64,000 bases of DNA from Alphaproteobacteria bacterium (GCA_965248835.1 CBDFLJ010000002.1:1504001-1568000), one strand, 5' to 3'; shown: positions 18,000-28,223, counted from the first letter of the stretch. Numbers and translations: made by a program. The notes: generated from the sequence alone by a model not told the origin.

Positions 18000-18614
18000 C
18001 TAGCCCGATCCGCCGCCCGGCTTGCCGGACAACAGTGATACGGCGAGCTGCTCCAGCTTGGCGAGCCGTTCATCGATCTCGACGAGTCTGCGTTTCAGCG
18101 CCTCGGTCTCGTTATCGCCGGGCGCGGCAGGCTCGGGGGGCTCGCGGTCCCGCCGCTGTGTGGTGAACATGCTCAGGGACCGCTGGAACTCCTGCAGGTT
18201 GTGGCGCGAGACCTCGGCCAACTGCTCGACCGCCGCGGTACCGTCGAACATGCCGTGCATCTGCTTGGTGAAGCTTCGCTGCTGGCTCGCGAACACGTCC
18301 ATGCTGTGTTGGAGATAGCTGGCGAGCTGCGGGCCGACGCCTTCGCCACAGGCTTTCAGCACCTGGCGAAGATATTCGTGCGGCAGCACGCCGTGCCCCT
18401 TGATCTCCTCCTCGGCGATGATCTGCGCCAAGACCGACGAGGTGATGTCCCGCCCGGATTTCTCCTCGCGCACGACGAACTGCTGGCCCTCCTTCACCAT
18501 CCGGTGGAGGTCGTCCAACGTCACGAACGAGGCGGTCGCGCTGTTGTAAAGCCGCCGGTTGGCGTACTTCTTGATGACGATCGGCTCCGCTGCCTCGGCG
18601 CCCCGGTCGGTCAA
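18000..18614 (-). CDS. phaR: Polyhydroxyalkanoate synthesis repressor PhaR
   Basis: IKKYANRRLYN...FVTLDDL...GRDITSSVLAQII. Confidence 0.92.
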   Translation of the reverse strand: MTDRGAEAAEPIVIKKYANRRLYNSATASFVTLDDLHRMVKEGQQFVVREEKSGRDITSSVLAQIIAEEEIKGHGVLPHEYLRQVLKACGEGVGPQLASYLQHSMDVFASQQRSFTKQMHGMFDGTAAVEQLAEVSRHNLQEFQRSLSMFTTQRRDREPPEPAAPGDNETEALKRRLVEIDERLAKLEQLAVSLLSGKPGGGSG

Positions 18615-18690
18615 AATCGTCTCGCTCCGTGCTGATTGCGCAGGCCCATCTTGTCACGGCTAGGACGGTTTTGTCATGCGAAATAACGTT

Positions 18691-18758
18691 TATTTTGCGA
18701 TGCAAAAATATCCTTGACACGAGCGGATTTTTGGGAATTATGGCGTTTACGCGTTGCA
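18691..18758 (+). promoter_or_regulatory. Phasin promoter with PhaR-type operators
   Basis: Palindrome TTTTGC-GAT-GCAAAA at 18693-18707 next to TTGACA (18714-18719) and AATTAT (18736-18741); second GC-N3-GCA site at 18750-18758. Confidence 0.7.
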
Positions 18759-18796
18759 AAAACTCGTTTGCCTTACCGAACCCCGAGGAGCTGACC

Positions 18797-19327
18797 ATGA
18801 CGACCGAGAAAACCACCGGTTCGACCGCCCAGGAAGCCGCCGCCGAGGCCGTGGAGACCATCGCGAGCGCCGGCAGGGAAACCCTGGAGACCGTAATGAA
18901 GCTCGGCGCCGATACCGCGACCGAGGGCTACAAGAATGCCGCCGTCTACGGTCGGCAGCAGGCCGACATGGCCCGTTCGGCCTACGACAAGGCCCTGAGC
19001 TACGGCCGCGACAATGTCGATGCGATGGCCGAAGCCTCGGCGCTCACGATCGCCGGTGCGGAGGCCTGTCTGGCCGAGATGGCCGATTGCACCAAGACCG
19101 CCATGGCGGAAAACCTCGAGCTGATGCAGCGCGCGTTCTCGGTCGCCTCGCCGCGGGAGCTCCTCGACATCCAGATCGAGGCGGGCAACCGTTCGGTCAA
19201 CCTGATGATCGCGCAGACGACGAAGATGAACCAGATCCTCACCGAATCCGCGGCCAAGGCGTGCGTTCCGATCAAGGCGCGCCTGGACGAGGCGATGGAG
19301 GTATTCGTCAAGCCTGAGGCGGTTTGA
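18797..19327 (+). CDS. Phasin family protein
   Basis: Ala-rich helical protein with SPRELLDIQ and PIKARL motifs; lies between phaR and phaC; RBS GAGGAG. Confidence 0.82.
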   Translation: MTTEKTTGSTAQEAAAEAVETIASAGRETLETVMKLGADTATEGYKNAAVYGRQQADMARSAYDKALSYGRDNVDAMAEASALTIAGAEACLAEMADCTKTAMAENLELMQRAFSVASPRELLDIQIEAGNRSVNLMIAQTTKMNQILTESAAKACVPIKARLDEAMEVFVKPEAV

Positions 19328-19459
19328 ACGAGCGGTCCTGAGGCGGGCTTGGCCGCCGGTCCGGCATGCAAGCTTTCGTTGGCCGCCGCGACCATCTAGA
19401 GTCGCAGGCAAGCGGCGCGTCCGGGTATCGGTGCCGCGTCCGCCCGGTGCAGGTGCGCC

Positions 19460-21229
19460 TTGAGCGATAACAAGACCCCGCATGCACAGGCGTGGCTCGC
19501 CGAGTTCGGCGAGACGCTGGGCCAATCGGCACGGGATTGGCAAGAGGGCTGGGCGCTCTGGCTGAACGGCATGGCCGGCACCGGCGAGGATCGCGGCGCG
19601 GGCCACGTTCCATCGGTCGTGAACATCGAGCCGGCGAAGGCGCTCGAGGCCCAGACCGAGCTCTGGCGCGACTTTCAGGCACTTTGGGTCAACACCACCG
19701 CACGGCTGATGGGCCAGGAGGCGCCGTCGGTCATCGCACCCGAGGCGGGCGACAACCGGTTCAAGGACGCCGAGTGGACCGACAACCCGATCTTCGATTT
19801 CCTCAAACAGTCCTACCTGCTCAATGCCCGTTGGCTGCGCCGGACCCTGGCGGAGGTCGAGGGGTTGGACAAGCGCGAGGCGGACACGCTCGATTTCATG
19901 GGCCGCCTGATCGTCGATGCATTCTCGCCGGCGAATTTCGCCCTCACCAACCCGACGGTCATGCGCGAGATGCGCCAGACCAGGGGCGAGAGCCTGATCC
20001 GGGGGGCTCGCCAGCTCGCGGAGGACTTGCGGGACGCCGAGCACGGCCTGCAACCCAAGCAGGTCGACATGGACGCGTTCGAGGTCGGCGGCAATATCGC
20101 GGTCAGCCCCGGCGCCGTCGTCTTCCAGACCCCGATCATGCAGCTTCTGCAGTACCAGCCGTCCACCGAGAAGGTCTACAAGAAGCCGCTTCTGATCATC
20201 CCGCCGTGGATCAACAAGTTCTACATTCTCGATCTCAGACCCGACAACTCGTTCATTCGCTGGGCGACCGAGCAGGGCTATACCGTCTTCCTGATCTCCT
20301 GGGTAAACCCCGAGGAGAGCCACGCGGAACTGGGGTTCGACGACTATGCCCGCGAGGGCATCTTCGCCGCCCTGGATGCGATCGAAAAGGCGACCGGCGA
20401 GACGCGGGTCTCGGCGATCGGCTATTGCATCGGCGGGACGCTCCTGGCAGCCACGCTCGCCTTCATGGCGGCCAACGGCGATGACCGGATCGCCGCAGCG
20501 ACCTTCTTCGCCGCCCAGGTCGATTTCGAAGACGCCGGCGATCTGCTGGTATTCACCGATCAGGCCCATTTGGAGCCGCTCGAGCGCCAGATCCGGGAGA
20601 AGGGCTATCTCGACGGCGCCAACATGGCGGCGACCTTCAACGCGCTCCGGGCGAACGATCTGATCTGGTACTTCGTGATCAACAACTACCTTTTGGGGAA
20701 GGAGCCGCCGGCGTTCGATCTGCTGTACTGGAACGCCGATTCGACAAACTTCCCGGGGCGCTTGTTCATCGATTACGTGCGCAACATGTACCAGCAGAAC
20801 AACCTTGCCCGGCCCGGCGGGTTCGAACTCCTCGGCCAGGGCGTTGACCTCGGCGCGGTGAACATCCCGACATATATTCAGGCGAGCAGGGACGACCACA
20901 TCGCCCCGGCCGTCTCGGTCTACAAGATGATCGGATTGCTCGGCGGACAGAAGCGGTTCGTGCTTGCGGGCTCGGGCCATATTGCGGGTGTGATCAACCC
21001 GCCGGCGCAGAACAAGTACCAGCACTGGCTGGCCGAAGGCGGAGCGTTTCCCGCCGATTTCGAGGCCTGGCGCGAGGGTGCCGTCGAGCATCCGGGCTCG
21101 TGGTGGCCGGACTGGCATCGTTGGCTGTCCCGCCGGTCCGGCCGAAAGGTGCCTGCCCGCACCCCCGGCGACGGCGGGCTTGCGGTGCTGGAGCCCGCGC
21201 CCGGCACCTACGTCATGAAACGCGCCTGA
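19460..21229 (+). CDS. phaC: Class I PHA synthase
   Basis: PPWINKFYILDL, lipase box GYCIGG, DHIAP, GSGHIAG, GSWWPDW. Confidence 0.95.
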   Translation: MSDNKTPHAQAWLAEFGETLGQSARDWQEGWALWLNGMAGTGEDRGAGHVPSVVNIEPAKALEAQTELWRDFQALWVNTTARLMGQEAPSVIAPEAGDNRFKDAEWTDNPIFDFLKQSYLLNARWLRRTLAEVEGLDKREADTLDFMGRLIVDAFSPANFALTNPTVMREMRQTRGESLIRGARQLAEDLRDAEHGLQPKQVDMDAFEVGGNIAVSPGAVVFQTPIMQLLQYQPSTEKVYKKPLLIIPPWINKFYILDLRPDNSFIRWATEQGYTVFLISWVNPEESHAELGFDDYAREGIFAALDAIEKATGETRVSAIGYCIGGTLLAATLAFMAANGDDRIAAATFFAAQVDFEDAGDLLVFTDQAHLEPLERQIREKGYLDGANMAATFNALRANDLIWYFVINNYLLGKEPPAFDLLYWNADSTNFPGRLFIDYVRNMYQQNNLARPGGFELLGQGVDLGAVNIPTYIQASRDDHIAPAVSVYKMIGLLGGQKRFVLAGSGHIAGVINPPAQNKYQHWLAEGGAFPADFEAWREGAVEHPGSWWPDWHRWLSRRSGRKVPARTPGDGGLAVLEPAPGTYVMKRA

Positions 21230-21256
21230 CGAGTGTGCGAAGACAGGAAAGCCCCG

Positions 21257-21493
21257 ATGAAATTCTCGATCGATATCGAATGCTCACCCAAGGAGGCCCG
21301 GCAGTTCCTGGGCCTTCCCGATGTCGAAGAATTCCAACAGCGCATGATGGACCAGGTCCAGGACAAGCTCGGCGGCCACATCGCCGCGATGGATCCGGAG
21401 GCGCTGATGAAGACCTGGCTGCCGCTCGGCGCGCAAGCCTGGGAGGCGTTTCAGAAGTCTTTCGCCCAAGGATTCGCCAAACCCAAGGAATAA
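21257..21493 (+). CDS. Small conserved protein (DUF6489-like)
   Basis: MKFSIDIECSPKEARQFLGLPDV...DPEALMKTWLP. Confidence 0.75.
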   Translation: MKFSIDIECSPKEARQFLGLPDVEEFQQRMMDQVQDKLGGHIAAMDPEALMKTWLPLGAQAWEAFQKSFAQGFAKPKE

Positions 21494-21529
21494 CCGGGAC
21501 CTTGGGGCATACTCACGGAAGCCGATGAC

Positions 21530-21985
21530 ATGGATACCACTGCTATCCCGCCGAGCGCGGCCGAGCTGCACGGATATTATATCGAGGATCTCAAGCCCGG
21601 CATGACGGCGGTCTTCGGCAAGACGATCTCCGAGGCCGACATTACCCTGTTTGCCGGCGTGTCGGGCGACACCAACCCGCTGCATCTCAACGCCGAATAT
21701 GCCGCAGCGAGCCGCTTCGAAGGGCGGGTTGCGCACGGCATGCTGACGGCAGGCCTGATCTCGGCGGTGATCGCGACGCGGCTGCCCGGTGCGGGCGCGA
21801 TCTATCGCAGCCAGAGCCTGCGCTTCACCGCTCCGGTGCGGCCAGGCGATACGGTGACGGCCCGAGTGACGGTCATCGACATCGATCGCGAAAGACATCG
21901 GGCACGGCTTGCGACCGTCTGCAGCGTGGGGGAGACCGTCGTCATCGACGGCGAAGCCGAGGTCTGGGTGCCCTCACGGACCTGA
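21530..21985 (+). CDS. MaoC-family (R)-specific enoyl-CoA hydratase, PhaJ-like
   Basis: FAGVSGDTNPLH, VAHGML, RFTAPV; located in PHA cluster. Confidence 0.88.
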   Translation: MDTTAIPPSAAELHGYYIEDLKPGMTAVFGKTISEADITLFAGVSGDTNPLHLNAEYAAASRFEGRVAHGMLTAGLISAVIATRLPGAGAIYRSQSLRFTAPVRPGDTVTARVTVIDIDRERHRARLATVCSVGETVVIDGEAEVWVPSRT

Positions 21986-22078
21986 ACGCGGCCCGTCGCG
22001 CGCACGGACCGGACTCGATGGACGGCCGGCGCAGCCCGGCATAGAATTCGATCGTCGCGTGGACGGGAGGGGTCGATC

Positions 22079-22903
22079 ATGGCCTTGCAGATCAACCGGC
22101 TGTCCGAGCCTTTGGGCGCAGAAATCTTCGGGATCGACCGGAAGGAAGAGGTGCCGGAGGAAACCGCGGACGCGTTGCGCCAGGCGGTCCTCGATCACCA
22201 TCTGATCGTGCTCCGCGACCAGCATGCCGAGCCGGCCGACCACAAGCGGTTCTGCGAGCTGTTCGGCGAGATCCAGCCGCAGCGCGTGGCCGCGGAGCTG
22301 GAGTCCAAAGACCATGTCGGGATGATGTTCGTCGGCAACGCGCGCCAGGATGCGATGCTGCAGAACGGCGAGATGTGGCTGCATTCCGACCAGTGCTACT
22401 TCGAGGTGCCGAACAACTTCACCTCGCTGCAGGCGATCACGGTCACCAAAACCGGCGGCAACACGCGGTTCGCCAATTGCCATCTGGCCTACGAGGACCT
22501 GCCGGAGGACGCAAAGGCCCGGCTCGAAGGGCTGCGCGGCATGAACATCTATGACTACAACGACCGGAACCAGCACAAGAAGACGGGTCCGCGCGACCCG
22601 GACGCCCCGCGCTATGCACACCCGCTGGTCCGCACGCACCCGGAGACCGGGCGCAAGTCGCTCTACCTCAACCGGCTGATGACCGATTATATCCTCGACA
22701 TGGACGAGGCCGAGTCACGGGCGTGGCTCGAACGCCTTCATGACCAGGTCGAAGACGATCGGTTCGTCTACGAGCATCGATGGCGGGAAGGCGACCTCGC
22801 CATCTGGGACAACCGGTGCGTGCTGCACGGTCGGACCGATTTCGATCCTGCCGAGCCCCGTCTGCTGCGGCGCTTCTGCGTCATCGGCGAGACGCCGTAC
22901 TGA
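22079..22903 (+). CDS. TauD/TfdA Fe(II)/2-oxoglutarate dioxygenase
   Basis: LHSD, GGNTRFAN, HPLVRTHPETGRK, WDNRCVLHGR. Confidence 0.92.
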   Translation: MALQINRLSEPLGAEIFGIDRKEEVPEETADALRQAVLDHHLIVLRDQHAEPADHKRFCELFGEIQPQRVAAELESKDHVGMMFVGNARQDAMLQNGEMWLHSDQCYFEVPNNFTSLQAITVTKTGGNTRFANCHLAYEDLPEDAKARLEGLRGMNIYDYNDRNQHKKTGPRDPDAPRYAHPLVRTHPETGRKSLYLNRLMTDYILDMDEAESRAWLERLHDQVEDDRFVYEHRWREGDLAIWDNRCVLHGRTDFDPAEPRLLRRFCVIGETPY

Positions 22904-22930
22904 CCCCGCGCCCGTCACCGCACCGTGCCG

Positions 22931-23569
22931 CTAGAATCCCTGCGCGAGGCTGTTGACGAATCGCGGCATCCCGACCTGGCGGTCGCGCTTAAGACGCTCG
23001 GCGGCAAGGATCGCCTGGACCGCGACGATGCTGTCCTCGATCTCGCGGTTGACGACGATGTAGTCGTATTCGGCCCAGTGGCTCATCTCTTCGGGCGCCT
23101 TTTTCATACGCGCCTCGACGACCTCGTCGGGATCCTGCGCGCGCCGGTGCAGCCGCCGGTGCAGCTCGTCCGTCGACGGCGGCAGGATGAACACGCTGAC
23201 CAGATCGGCGCGCGCGCTCTCGGCGAGCTGCTGGGTGCCCTGCCAGTCGATGTCGAACAGAACGTCACGGCCGGCCTCCAGCGCCGCCTCCACCGGGGCG
23301 CGCGGCGTGCCGTAGTAATGGCCGAACACCTTGGCGTGCTCCAGCAGGGCGCCTGCCGCGCGCATTTCCTCGAACGCGCTGGTCGCCACGAAGTCATAGT
23401 CGCGGCCCGGAACTTCCCCCGGCCGCTTGGCCCGCGTCGTCGCCGAGATCGACAGCGCGAGGTTGCTGTCCCGCTCCAGAAGCATCCGCGAGATCGTGGT
23501 CTTGCCCGCCCCCGAAGGCGAGGACAGCACCAGCATGAGTCCGCGGCGCCGGATTCCGTTTGCCGACAT
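22931..23569 (-). CDS. gmk: Guanylate kinase
   Basis: SSPSGAGKTT, SISATTR, HYYGTP, DIDWQG. Confidence 0.95.
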   Translation of the reverse strand: MSANGIRRRGLMLVLSSPSGAGKTTISRMLLERDSNLALSISATTRAKRPGEVPGRDYDFVATSAFEEMRAAGALLEHAKVFGHYYGTPRAPVEAALEAGRDVLFDIDWQGTQQLAESARADLVSVFILPPSTDELHRRLHRRAQDPDEVVEARMKKAPEEMSHWAEYDYIVVNREIEDSIVAVQAILAAERLKRDRQVGMPRFVNSLAQGF

Positions 23570-23571
23570 GG

Positions 23572-24513
23572 CTACTCGATATTCTGGACCTGCTCGCGCA
23601 GGCGCTCGATGGCGGCCTTGAGGTCGAGCCCGATCCGTGTGAGCTCCAGGTTGGCGGACTTGGAGCACAGCGTGTTGGCTTCTCGGGTGAACTCCTGGCA
23701 CAGGAAATCGAGCTTGCGCCCGACCGCGCCGCCGGTGCCGACAAGCGCGCGCGCTGCCACGACATGGGATGCCAACCGGTCGATCTCCTCGCGGACATCG
23801 GCGCGCGCGGCGAGATAGGCGACTTCCTGGGTCAGCCGATCCTCGGGCAGCGGCGGCTCCGCGCCCAACAGCTCCTGGAGCTGTTGGCGAAGCCGGGCGC
23901 GAAAGGCTTCGGGCTCGGCGTCGGCAATCCGGGCCGCTTCATCCGACAAGGTGGCGATCTCGCCCAAATGGCCGTCGAGGAGAGTCTCGAGCCGCACGCC
24001 CTCCTCGCACCGCGAGGCGGCAAGCGCGTCGAGCGCGCTGCCGAGCGATGCGATCATCGCCTCCAGCCGAGGTTCGCGCGTCCCCTCGTCCTCTTCATCC
24101 TCCAGGGCCGCCAGAACGCCGGGCAGCGCCATGATCGCCTCCAGCCGCGCCGGCGGAGCGTCGACGCGCCGGCGCAGCGCGTCATGAATCGCGAGCAGCT
24201 TGTCGAGGACCGGCTCGTTGACCCGGACATCGGGGATGCGCTGCGTGCGGACCGGCGCCAGGTGAACCGAAAGCGTCCCGCGGCTGAACCGCTCGCGCGC
24301 CAATTCGCGGGCACGCGGCTCCAGCGCTCCGTAGCCGTTGGGCAGGCGCATCCGGATGTCGAGATTGCGGGCGTTGACCGACTTGACTTCCCAGGCCCAC
24401 CGGGCGCCGTCGAACTCACCCTCGACGCGGGCGAAACCGGTCATGCTCTGCAACGCCGCGGCGGCCTTTGTCCGGATTTCCTTGCCGCCCTTCTTCGCCG
24501 TCCGCTCGGCCAT
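23572..24513 (-). CDS. yicC: YicC family endoribonuclease
   Basis: SMTGFAR, EVKSVN, GRKLDFLCQEFTREANT, LREQVQNIE. Confidence 0.93.
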   Translation of the reverse strand: MAERTAKKGGKEIRTKAAAALQSMTGFARVEGEFDGARWAWEVKSVNARNLDIRMRLPNGYGALEPRARELARERFSRGTLSVHLAPVRTQRIPDVRVNEPVLDKLLAIHDALRRRVDAPPARLEAIMALPGVLAALEDEEDEGTREPRLEAMIASLGSALDALAASRCEEGVRLETLLDGHLGEIATLSDEAARIADAEPEAFRARLRQQLQELLGAEPPLPEDRLTQEVAYLAARADVREEIDRLASHVVAARALVGTGGAVGRKLDFLCQEFTREANTLCSKSANLELTRIGLDLKAAIERLREQVQNIE

Positions 24514-24697
24514 GGCGCCCTGTTCGAATAACACCGGCGACCCGGCCGGCAATCGGTGCACGCCGGGCGGCCGGGGCGGCTCTATATAGTCCAATTCGCG
24601 GTTCCGGCAAATCAGTCCTCGTCCTCGCCGAGGCGGCTTGTATCATGACACGGCCAGACCGCGCTCACCGGAACGAACCATCAGGTAGCGTCAAAGC

Positions 24698-25480
24698 ATG
24701 TTCCGAACACGGCGGACCGTTCCGGAGCCGCGCTCGATCCTGATCACCGGGGCCTCGAGCGGCATCGGCGCGGCGCTGGCGCGGCGCTACGCCGGGACCG
24801 GCAGGACGCTCTTCCTGGGCGGCCGCGACGAAGAGCGCCTGGGCGCCGTCGCAGCCGATTGCCGCAAGGCCGGCGCCACCGCCGAGACCGCATCGGTCGA
24901 GGCGAGCGACCCGGCGGCGAGCGCGCGCTGGATCGAAGCCGCGGACGACTCGGCACCGCTCGACCTGGTGATCGCCAACGCCGGCATATCGGCCGGCACC
25001 GGCGGCGCCGGGGAGGACGAGGACCAGACGCGGCGGATCTTCGCGGTCAATATCGAAGGCGTCGCCAACACGGTCTTGCCGGCGCTCGGCCGGATGCTGC
25101 CCCGTGGGCGCGGGCAGATCGCGATCATGTCCTCGCTGGCGGGCCTGCGCGGCTTTCCCGGCGCGCCGGCCTACGCGGCATCGAAGGCCGCCGTTCGGGT
25201 GTGGGGCGAATCGCTACGCGCCCACCACGCGCCGGACGGCATCCGGGTCTCGGTCATCTGTCCCGGCTTCATAGCCACCCCGATGACCGCGCCAAACCGA
25301 TTCCGTATGCCGCTGTTGATGGACGCGGAGCGCGCTGCGGGCATCATACAGCGCGGTCTGGTGCGCGATTGCGGGCGAATCGCGTTTCCCGGACCTCTGT
25401 ATGCCCTGCTCCTGCTGTTCACCGCCCTGCCCGGCTCGATCGTCGATCCGGTTCTGCGGCGCCTGCCGCGCAAGGACTGA
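24698..25480 (+). CDS. Short-chain dehydrogenase/reductase
   Basis: TGASSGIG, IANAG, YAASK. Confidence 0.9.
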   Translation: MFRTRRTVPEPRSILITGASSGIGAALARRYAGTGRTLFLGGRDEERLGAVAADCRKAGATAETASVEASDPAASARWIEAADDSAPLDLVIANAGISAGTGGAGEDEDQTRRIFAVNIEGVANTVLPALGRMLPRGRGQIAIMSSLAGLRGFPGAPAYAASKAAVRVWGESLRAHHAPDGIRVSVICPGFIATPMTAPNRFRMPLLMDAERAAGIIQRGLVRDCGRIAFPGPLYALLLLFTALPGSIVDPVLRRLPRKD

Positions 25481-25558
25481 GACGGCAGAGGATTTTCGGC
25501 TCGCGCGGAGACAGCCGCCTCGCTTAGACTCCCTGGCGGCCGTCAAGGGGAATTTCCC

Positions 25559-26884
25559 ATGGAACCGATTTCGATCGTTTTGGCGGCGGTCGCGCTCGTC
25601 ATCGGCGCGGCCGCGTCCTGGATCGCCCGCAACGGCGAGATCGCAAGGCTGGCTGCGGCGCGCGACGCCGAGCGTGCCCGCGCCGATTCGCTCGGCCGCG
25701 ACCTGGAGACCGAGCGCATCGCCCTCGCCGCGGCGCGCACGCGGCTGGACGCGCTGGGCGGGATGCGGGAGAGCGTCGAGAAAGACCTCAAGGTGCTCAC
25801 CGGTCAGGCGCTGAAGGAGAATCAGGCCACTTTCCTCAGCCTCGCCAACGAGATCATGGACAAGCACACCAAGCTGGCCGCCGGCGCGCTGGACCAGCGC
25901 CAGACGGCGATCAAGAACCTGGTCGAGCCAATGGAGAAGACGCTCGCGGAATACCGCAAGAACCTCCAGGAGATCGAACACAACCGCAAACAGGCCTATG
26001 GCAGCCTGACCGCCGAGATCAAGAACGTCGCCGAGGCCCAGGAACGCGTGCGCACGGAGGCCTCGAAGCTGGTCAATGCGCTGCGCTCCGCGCCCAAGAG
26101 CAGCGGGCGCTGGGGCGAGGAGACCTTGCGCAACATCCTCGAGCTGTCCGGCATGACGGCCCATTGCGATTTCGTCACCGAGCCTGCGCTCGAACACGGC
26201 AACGCGCTGCTGAGGCCCGACGTGATCATCCGCCTGCCGGGTGGCGGCGCGATGGTGATCGATGCCAAGACGCCGCTGTCAGCCTACATGGAGGCCGTCG
26301 AGGCGGTCGACGACCGCGAACGCGAGGCCCACCTGGCCCGGCATGCCCAGCAGGTCCGCGCCCACATGCGCCAGCTCGCCGCCAAGGGCTACCAGAACGC
26401 TCTGGAGATCAGCCCCGATTACGTCGTGATGTTCGTTCCCGGAGACAACTTCTACGCGGCGGCGATGGAGCGGGACCCGGACTTGTACATGGACGCCTTC
26501 AAGCAGCAGGTGGTCATCGTCTCGCCCACCACACTGCTCGGGCTCGCCAAGACCATCGCCTTTGGATGGCGGCAGGAAAACGTCGCCAACAACGCCCGCC
26601 AGATCGCCGATCTCGGCCGCGAGCTCTACCGCCGGCTGGCGACGATGGGCGAGCACATCAATTCGCTCGGCCGCGAGATGGGACGCTCGGTCAAGGCCTA
26701 TAACGCCTTCATCGGCAGCCTCGAGGGCAAGGTCATGCCACAGGCGCGACGGTTCTCCGAGCTCGACGTCGAAGGCGCCGGGAGCGCTCTCGAAGAGGTC
26801 CGGATCGTCGATGAGGAGATCCGCCTGCCGCGCGAGAACCACGACCTGATCCTCGGTCCGCGCGAAGGAGAGGCTGCCGAATAG
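25559..26884 (+). CDS. rmuC: DNA recombination protein RmuC
   Basis: N-terminal TM helix, coiled coil, GRWGE, RPDVIIRLPG..IDAK, VVMFVP. Confidence 0.92.
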   Translation: MEPISIVLAAVALVIGAAASWIARNGEIARLAAARDAERARADSLGRDLETERIALAAARTRLDALGGMRESVEKDLKVLTGQALKENQATFLSLANEIMDKHTKLAAGALDQRQTAIKNLVEPMEKTLAEYRKNLQEIEHNRKQAYGSLTAEIKNVAEAQERVRTEASKLVNALRSAPKSSGRWGEETLRNILELSGMTAHCDFVTEPALEHGNALLRPDVIIRLPGGGAMVIDAKTPLSAYMEAVEAVDDREREAHLARHAQQVRAHMRQLAAKGYQNALEISPDYVVMFVPGDNFYAAAMERDPDLYMDAFKQQVVIVSPTTLLGLAKTIAFGWRQENVANNARQIADLGRELYRRLATMGEHINSLGREMGRSVKAYNAFIGSLEGKVMPQARRFSELDVEGAGSALEEVRIVDEEIRLPRENHDLILGPREGEAAE

Positions 26885-26920
26885 CGCATACCGGAGCGCC
26901 GCGCCGGCTGCGCGCCCGGA

Positions 26921-28183
26921 TCAGGGCGCGGCTGTGAAAATCAGCGTGGCGTTCGTGCCGCCGAATCCGAACGAATTGGACAGTGCGTTGCGGACCGGCC
27001 GCTCCTTCGCCTGTCCGGGCACGAGATCAAGATCGCACCCGTCGGAGGGATTCTCGAGGTTGAGCGTCGGCGGAACGATACCCTCGTTGATCGCCTTGAT
27101 GGAGAAGATTGCCTCGACACTGCCCGCGGCGCCAAGCAGATGCCCGATGGCGGACTTGGTCGAGGACATGGAAAGCGCGTAGGCATGCTGGCCGAACAGG
27201 CGCTTGACCGCTCCGAGCTCGATCTCGTCGCCGACCGGCGTCGAGGTGCCGTGAGCGTTGACGTAGTCGATGTCGTCGGGGTTGAGCCTGGCGCGCTTCA
27301 GCGCCGCCGCCATCGAGCGGTAGCCGCCGTTGCCGTCCTCCGGCGGCGCTGTGATGTGATGGGCATCGCCCGACATGCCGTACCCGATCACCTCGGCATA
27401 GATCTGTGCGCCGCGCTGCTTGGCGTGCTCGAACTCCTCGAGGACGACGATGCCGGCGCCCTCGCCCATCACGAACCCGTCGCGCTCACGGTCCCAGGGG
27501 CGCGAGGCGCGTTCCGGCGTGTCGTTGAAGGATGTCGAAAGCGCTCTGGCGGAGGCGAACCCGGCCAGGCCAAGCCGGCAGACCGCCGCCTCCGTGCCGC
27601 CGGCGACCATCACATCGGCGTCATCGAGCATGATCATCCGCGAGGCATCGCCGATCGCGTGCGCCCCGGTCGAGCACGCGGTAACCACCGCGTGGTTGGG
27701 GCCCTTGAACCCGTAACGGATCGACACATGCCCGGCGGCGAGATTGATCAGGCTTGCCGGGATGAAGAACGGCGTGACCCGCCGCGGACCGCGCTGGTCC
27801 AACGTGATCGCGCCATCGGCGATCACCGGCAGCCCGCCGATTCCCGAGCCGATCAGCACGCCCGTGCGCTCGCGCGCCTCATCGTCGTCCGGCACCCAGC
27901 CCGAATCCTCGATCGCCTCGACGCTCGCGGCCAGCGCATAGACGATGAAACGATCCATCTTGCGCCGGTCCTTCGCATCGGTGACCTGATCGGGGTCGAA
28001 CTGGCCCTGCGAGGAGTCGCCCAAGGGGACCTCGCCGGCGATCTTGCAAGGCAGGTCGGAGACATCGAAGGACTGGATGGCGCCGATTCCCGACTTGCCG
28101 TCGATCAACCGATTCCAGACATGACCGACGCCGACGCCGAGCGGAGTGATCAGCCCAAGACCGGTGACGACGACACGTCTCAT
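26921..28183 (-). CDS. fabF: 3-oxoacyl-ACP synthase II
   Basis: RRVVVTGLG, VTACSTG, NAHGTST, GHLLGAAG, SNSFGFGG. Confidence 0.97.
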   Translation of the reverse strand: MRRVVVTGLGLITPLGVGVGHVWNRLIDGKSGIGAIQSFDVSDLPCKIAGEVPLGDSSQGQFDPDQVTDAKDRRKMDRFIVYALAASVEAIEDSGWVPDDDEARERTGVLIGSGIGGLPVIADGAITLDQRGPRRVTPFFIPASLINLAAGHVSIRYGFKGPNHAVVTACSTGAHAIGDASRMIMLDDADVMVAGGTEAAVCRLGLAGFASARALSTSFNDTPERASRPWDRERDGFVMGEGAGIVVLEEFEHAKQRGAQIYAEVIGYGMSGDAHHITAPPEDGNGGYRSMAAALKRARLNPDDIDYVNAHGTSTPVGDEIELGAVKRLFGQHAYALSMSSTKSAIGHLLGAAGSVEAIFSIKAINEGIVPPTLNLENPSDGCDLDLVPGQAKERPVRNALSNSFGFGGTNATLIFTAAP

Positions 28184-28223
28184 GTTCGAGTTCGGCGAAA
28201 CGTCTGCATCGCGCGCACTGGGC

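Noticed and set aside
18773-21118. 781-aa minus-strand ORF
   Set aside because: Antisense shadow of phasin and phaC; no motifs; typical high-GC artefact
25559-26884. RmuC as a defence nuclease or mobile-element marker
   Set aside because: Ordinary chromosomal rmuC with no adjacent methylase, integrase or att repeats
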